From Anaerolineae bacterium (GTDB taxonomy: Bacteria; Chloroflexota; Anaerolineae; S140-20), in the NCBI GenBank assembly GCA_027021705.1, contig JALUTT010000047.1, positions 1 through 51,799 of the forward strand: a stretch of 51,799 bases of DNA, given 5' to 3'. Shown here in pieces: positions 48,019 through 51,799 of the stretch. The notes below the pieces were generated by a model. That model was given only the letters and a program-made list of their open reading frames with translations, did not search any database and was not told the DNA's origin. The position numbers were made by a program, and so were the translations under genes. Positions within the stretch are counted from its first letter, which is position 1. Every line of letters begins with the position of its first letter.

Positions 48019-48884
48019 CGGATCGCCTCCTGTTCCTGGAAGCGGCGGATGTTGGCCGCCATCACCGGGACGATGGCCAGGAGTAGGATGACGGCGATGG
48101 CGCTGGCCCGTCCAAAGTGGCGGAAGTGGAACATCTCCTTGTACATCCGGTTGGCGATCACCTCTGTGCCGTAGTCCCCGTTGGTCATCACGTAGACGAT
48201 GTCGAAGACCTTGAGGACGTTGATGATCATCGTGGTGGTGACGACGGCGAGGGTAGGCTTCATCGTCGGGATGATGATCTTCCAGAAGACCTGCCACTCG
48301 TTGGCCCCGTCCACCCGGGCCGCCTCCAGGAGCTCCTTGGGGATGCCCTTGTAGGCGGCGGAGAGGATGACCATACAGAAGCCGGTCCAGATCCAGACGC
48401 CGGCGATGATGAGGGCGAGGTTGTTGGTAGAGCGGTTGACCAGCCAGCCGATAGGTTCCTGGCCCAGCCACCCCGACCAGAGGGCGTTCAGCAAGCCGAT
48501 CTGGGGCTTTCCCGCCGGGCGATAGGCGTAGACGAACTTCCAAATGACGCCGGCGCCCACAAAGGAGATGGCCATCGGCAGGAAGATGACGGACTTAAAG
48601 GGCGATTCATAGCGGACCCGATCGGCCAGCACGGCCAAGACCAAGCCCAGGGAGACGGTTAGGGCGGTGAAGAGAACCAGCCAGAGGAGGTTGTTGCGGA
48701 AGGCGGTGCGCATCGCCTTGGAGGTGAAAGTCCAAACGTAGTTGTCCAGACCGGTGAAGTTCTCAGAGCGCTTGTCGAAGAAGCTCAGGTAGAGCGTGGT
48801 CAAGGTGGGGTAGACCAGGTAGGCCGCCAGGATCAGCAACGTCGGCCCGACGTAGAGCCAGGGCATCAGCCCCCCTTTTCTCAT
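48015..48884 (-). CDS. Carbohydrate ABC permease (AglF-like)
   Basis: FLPMAISFVGAGVIWKFVY; EAARVDGANEWQ. Confidence 0.9.
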   Translation of the reverse strand: MRKGGLMPWLYVGPTLLILAAYLVYPTLTTLYLSFFDKRSENFTGLDNYVWTFTSKAMRTAFRNNLLWLVLFTALTVSLGLVLAVLADRVRYESPFKSVIFLPMAISFVGAGVIWKFVYAYRPAGKPQIGLLNALWSGWLGQEPIGWLVNRSTNNLALIIAGVWIWTGFCMVILSAAYKGIPKELLEAARVDGANEWQVFWKIIIPTMKPTLAVVTTTMIINVLKVFDIVYVMTNGDYGTEVIANRMYKEMFHFRHFGRASAIAVILLLAIVPVMAANIRRFQEQEAIR

Positions 48885-48934
48885 CGCACCCTCCTCAGCA
48901 AATCAGGGAACGCCATCTTGGCCCTATGGAAGTA

Positions 48935-48971
48935 GGGCGAGGCAACCCGCCGGAGGGCAGGCTGCCTCGCC
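48935..48971. other. Intercistronic hairpin after the solute-binding protein gene
   Basis: ggcgaggcaacc...ggctgcctcgcc inverted repeat. Confidence 0.5.
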
Positions 48972-48991
48972 GCCAACACCCGACGACGACC

Positions 48992-50395
48992 CTACTGCCC
49001 GTAGGCGTCCTGGGCCGACGCTTCGATCTCCTCCAGGACGGCATCCAGGTCGGCACCGCCCACGTAGTCCAACACGCCGGTCCAGAAGGAGCCGGCCCCC
49101 ACCGCCGCCGGCATCAGGTCGGAGGCGTCGAAGCGGAAGACCTCGGCGCTGACCACTGCCTGGGCGATCTTGCGGGTCAGCTCATCCTTGTAGGCGTCGA
49201 GGCTGACCGCCTTGTTGGGGGAGATGAAGCCGCCCTTGCCGGCCCAGATCTCCTGGGGCTTGGGGCTGGCCAGGTACTCCATCAGCTTCCGAGCCTCGGG
49301 CGTGTCGTTGAACATCACGATCAGGTCGGCGCCACCCAGCACCGGCGTCCCCCACTTCTCGTCAATGGGCGGGAAGGGGAAGAAGTCGTAGTCCTCACCG
49401 GCAACCACGCCCTCGGGGAAGAAGCCGGTGATGAAGCTGGCCTGGCGGTGCATGTAGCATCCCGGCGGATCGTCGAACATCGGGGCCGGGGAGTCACCGA
49501 AGAAGGTGGAGAGGACGCCGGTCGTCCCGCCGTAGACGTAGTCCTCGTTGCGGGCGATCTGGCCGAAGAGCTCCCAGGCCCGCTTGATGGCCGGGTCGGT
49601 CCAGGGGATTTCGTGGTTGACCCACTTGTCGTAGACCTCTGGGCCGGCAGTGCGCAGCATGATGTCCTCGATCCAGTCGGTGCCGGGCCAGCCGCTGGCC
49701 GCGCCGCTCTCCAAGCCGATGCACCAGGGGGTGCCGCCATCGGCCACAATCTGGTCGGAGAGGGCGATCAGCTCATCCCAAGTGGTGGGCACCTGGTAGC
49801 CGGCTGCCTCAAAGGCCTTGGGGTTGTACCAGACCAGGCTCTTGTTGGCGACCTTGTAGAAGACGCCGTAGAGCTTGCCATCGTAGCTGGCCAGGTCGAG
49901 CCAGGCCTGGGCGTAGTTCTTCTTGAGGGTGTCCATGTCCATAAAGGTGTCAATGGGGACCAACTTGCCGGCCGCGGCCAGCTCCCGCATCTGCCCGGGG
50001 TTGGGCAAGATGGCCAGGTCGGGCGGGTTGCCCGCCTCCACACGGGTCGTCAGCACAGCCGCCAGGTCCCGGGTGCCCTCGAAGGCCATCCCGATTCCCG
50101 TCTCCTCGGTGAAGGGGAAGACCGCTTCCTGGAAGGCGCTCAACTCGTCGCCGCCCCAGACGCCCAGGACGGTGACGACGCCCCGGGAGACGGGAACCTC
50201 CTTCTCCACGACCTTGGTCACCTCGACCGTCTTTTCCTTCTCAACGACCTTGGTGACCTCCACCGGCTTCTCTACCACCTGGGTGACGACCACCGTCTCC
50301 TTGACCACCTGGGGGGTCGGCTGGGCGCAGGCGGCCAGGACCAGACTGACGGTGATCAGCAGGCTGAACAGGACCCAGAGCTTGCGGTGAGACAT
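48992..50395 (-). CDS. Sugar ABC substrate-binding lipoprotein (AglE-like, alpha-glucoside)
   Basis: Lipobox LAAC; KSLVWYNP, WCIGLESGAASGWPGTDWIED, FRFDASDLMP. Confidence 0.88.
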   Translation of the reverse strand: MSHRKLWVLFSLLITVSLVLAACAQPTPQVVKETVVVTQVVEKPVEVTKVVEKEKTVEVTKVVEKEVPVSRGVVTVLGVWGGDELSAFQEAVFPFTEETGIGMAFEGTRDLAAVLTTRVEAGNPPDLAILPNPGQMRELAAAGKLVPIDTFMDMDTLKKNYAQAWLDLASYDGKLYGVFYKVANKSLVWYNPKAFEAAGYQVPTTWDELIALSDQIVADGGTPWCIGLESGAASGWPGTDWIEDIMLRTAGPEVYDKWVNHEIPWTDPAIKRAWELFGQIARNEDYVYGGTTGVLSTFFGDSPAPMFDDPPGCYMHRQASFITGFFPEGVVAGEDYDFFPFPPIDEKWGTPVLGGADLIVMFNDTPEARKLMEYLASPKPQEIWAGKGGFISPNKAVSLDAYKDELTRKIAQAVVSAEVFRFDASDLMPAAVGAGSFWTGVLDYVGGADLDAVLEEIEASAQDAYGQ

Positions 50396-50500
50396 TGCGC
50401 TTCCCTCCTTTGCACTAGAGTCTGTTAGAAAACCTGGGGGAAAATCGGTCAACGGACTTTGGACGAACGTTCCCTAAACCTCCCTCCTTTCTTCTACTCG

Positions 50501-50544
50501 GTCGGGATGGGCGCGTGGACACACTCCCGTCCGCCAATCCCGAC
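50501..50544. other. REP-like hairpin downstream of lacI
   Basis: gtcgggatgggcg...cgccaatcccgac. Confidence 0.5.
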
Positions 50545-50550
50545 ACCTCC

Positions 50551-51585
50551 CTACGGGACCGCAGCCCCGCAGGACTCCCGGACGACCAACTCTGTCTCCA
50601 GGAGCACGTGGGTCTCCTGGAGGGTATCCCGATGGATCAGCCGGATCAGGCGCTCGGCGGCGGTCCAACCCAGTCCGAAGGTGGGGACACGCACGGTGGT
50701 AAGGGCGGGGACGATGAAGCGGGCGGCGGTGATGTCGTCGAAGCCGACGATGGCCATGTCGTCGGGCACGCGCAGCCCTCGGTCACGCAGGGTTCGCATG
50801 GCCCCCATCGCCACCATATCGCTGGCGACGAAGACCGCCGTAGGGGGCGGGTCCAGCGCCAGCAGGGCCTCGATAGCCTGCTGACCGCTCTCTTCGTCGA
50901 AGTTCCCGTACCGCACCAGGGCCTCGTCGTAGGGGATCCCGGCCTGCGTCAGGGCCTGCCGGTATCCTTCCAACCGCTGGCGGCTGGCCGTGTAGATGAG
51001 GGGGGCGTTGGTGATCATCCCGATGCGGCGGTGGCCCAGCTTCAGCAGGTGCTCGACGGCCAGGGCCGCCCCCCGCACGTTGTCAATGTCCACCGAGGGA
51101 ATGTCGGTGCCGGGGAGCTGACCATGCAGGACGAGGGGGAAGCCGTCGCGGTGAAGGTCGAGCAAGTGGGTGTCGTCAGAGCGGGGACCGGAGAGGATGA
51201 GCCCATCGGTGTGCCGCCCCCGGGCCAGCTCCACGTAGCAATCGTCGGACTCATCGGGGTCAATGGGGCGGAAGAGGACGTGGTAGCCGTAGTGACGGGC
51301 AGCCCGGGTGATGCCCTGGAGGAGGCCCGGCAGGAAGGCGTCCCGATAGGTCCGGTCCGGCCCCCGGTGCCAGACCAGGGCGATGGTATGGGTCTGGCCG
51401 CTGACCAACCGGCGGGCGGCGGCGTTGGGGTAGTAGTTGAGCTGGCGGGCCGCTTCCAGCACCCGTTGCCGGGTCTCGGGGCTGATGTTGACGCCGGGGA
51501 CGTCGTTGAGGACAAGGGAGACGGTGGTACGGGAGACGCCGGCCAACTTTGCCACGTCGTGGGAGGTGGGCCTGCGACGGGCCAT
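50551..51585 (-). CDS. LacI-family transcriptional regulator
   Basis: TSHDVAKLAGVSRTTVSLVLN HTH; VGFDD, PALTTV. Confidence 0.95.
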   Translation of the reverse strand: MARRRPTSHDVAKLAGVSRTTVSLVLNDVPGVNISPETRQRVLEAARQLNYYPNAAARRLVSGQTHTIALVWHRGPDRTYRDAFLPGLLQGITRAARHYGYHVLFRPIDPDESDDCYVELARGRHTDGLILSGPRSDDTHLLDLHRDGFPLVLHGQLPGTDIPSVDIDNVRGAALAVEHLLKLGHRRIGMITNAPLIYTASRQRLEGYRQALTQAGIPYDEALVRYGNFDEESGQQAIEALLALDPPPTAVFVASDMVAMGAMRTLRDRGLRVPDDMAIVGFDDITAARFIVPALTTVRVPTFGLGWTAAERLIRLIHRDTLQETHVLLETELVVRESCGAAVP

Positions 51586-51597
51586 CGCTACTCTCCT

Positions 51598-51630
51598 GGA
51601 CTAACACGTGTCAGTAACACGTGTTAGTCC
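51598..51630. promoter_or_regulatory. Tandem palindromic LacI-type operators
   Basis: CTAACACGTGTCAG and TAACACGTGTTAG form a 33-bp inverted repeat between promoter and lacI start. Confidence 0.8.
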
Positions 51631-51631
51631 G

Positions 51632-51660
51632 AGTATAGCATAACTTTGGGAGCCTGTCAA
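51632..51660 (-). promoter_or_regulatory. sigma70 promoter for the lacI-ABC operon
   Basis: TTGACA-17 bp-TATACT with extended TG. Confidence 0.85.
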
Positions 51661-51682
51661 GGGGGTTTTTCCCGGGTGACTG

Positions 51683-51711
51683 TTCCACAACTGGTGAAAA
51701 AGGTGTATAAT
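51683..51711 (+). promoter_or_regulatory. Divergent sigma70-type promoter
   Basis: TTCCAC-17 bp-TATAAT. Confidence 0.6.
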
Positions 51712-51738
51712 GAGGGCAGTAGCAGGAGGAGGTGAGCT

Positions 51739-51799
51739 ATGCGTCTGAGGGTGAAGATTTCCAAGGTAGAACCGGGGCGCTATCCGGAGCCGATCGAAT
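51739..51799 (+). CDS. 5' fragment of an unknown protein (MRLRVKISKVEPGRYPEPIE...)
   Basis: Strong RBS AGGAGGAGG, ATG 51739, open to the window end. Confidence 0.6.
   Translation, partial: MRLRVKISKVEPGRYPEPIE

Overview
GC-rich bacterial window, most likely Chloroflexota (Anaerolineae-like; inferred from protein style and [YF]LPLV tails). About 0.3-33 kb is an accessory cell-surface island. It holds seven large secreted proteins (beta-helix, Asp-box/PD40 propeller, CSLREA-type, SBBP, S8 protease) that all end in a short [YF]-[LI]-P-L-V-x-[RK]-like tail, two toxin-antitoxin modules and two large STAND-ATPase/TPR/BTAD (SARP-type) regulators. Each regulator sits beside a small (66-76 aa) unannotated gene. 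The two small proteins align without gaps, and each is the first gene of a surface-protein operon. Three surface-protein promoters carry 7-bp direct repeats with an 11-bp period ending 10 bp before the -10 box. This regulator + small protein + direct-repeat box + tailed surface proteins arrangement is the best candidate for an undescribed system. About 33-52 kb is mostly housekeeping: HD protein, LysM lipoprotein, PlsC, GNAT, PAP2, radical SAM, RseP, TreT-like GT4, alpha-glucoside ABC transporter and LacI. Several small repeat families occur: a 153-bp MITE in three copies with apparent target duplications, a 95-bp hairpin element in two 5' leaders, and palindrome/heptamer repeats lying in-frame inside genes. 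No CRISPR array, rRNA, tRNA or transposase was found.
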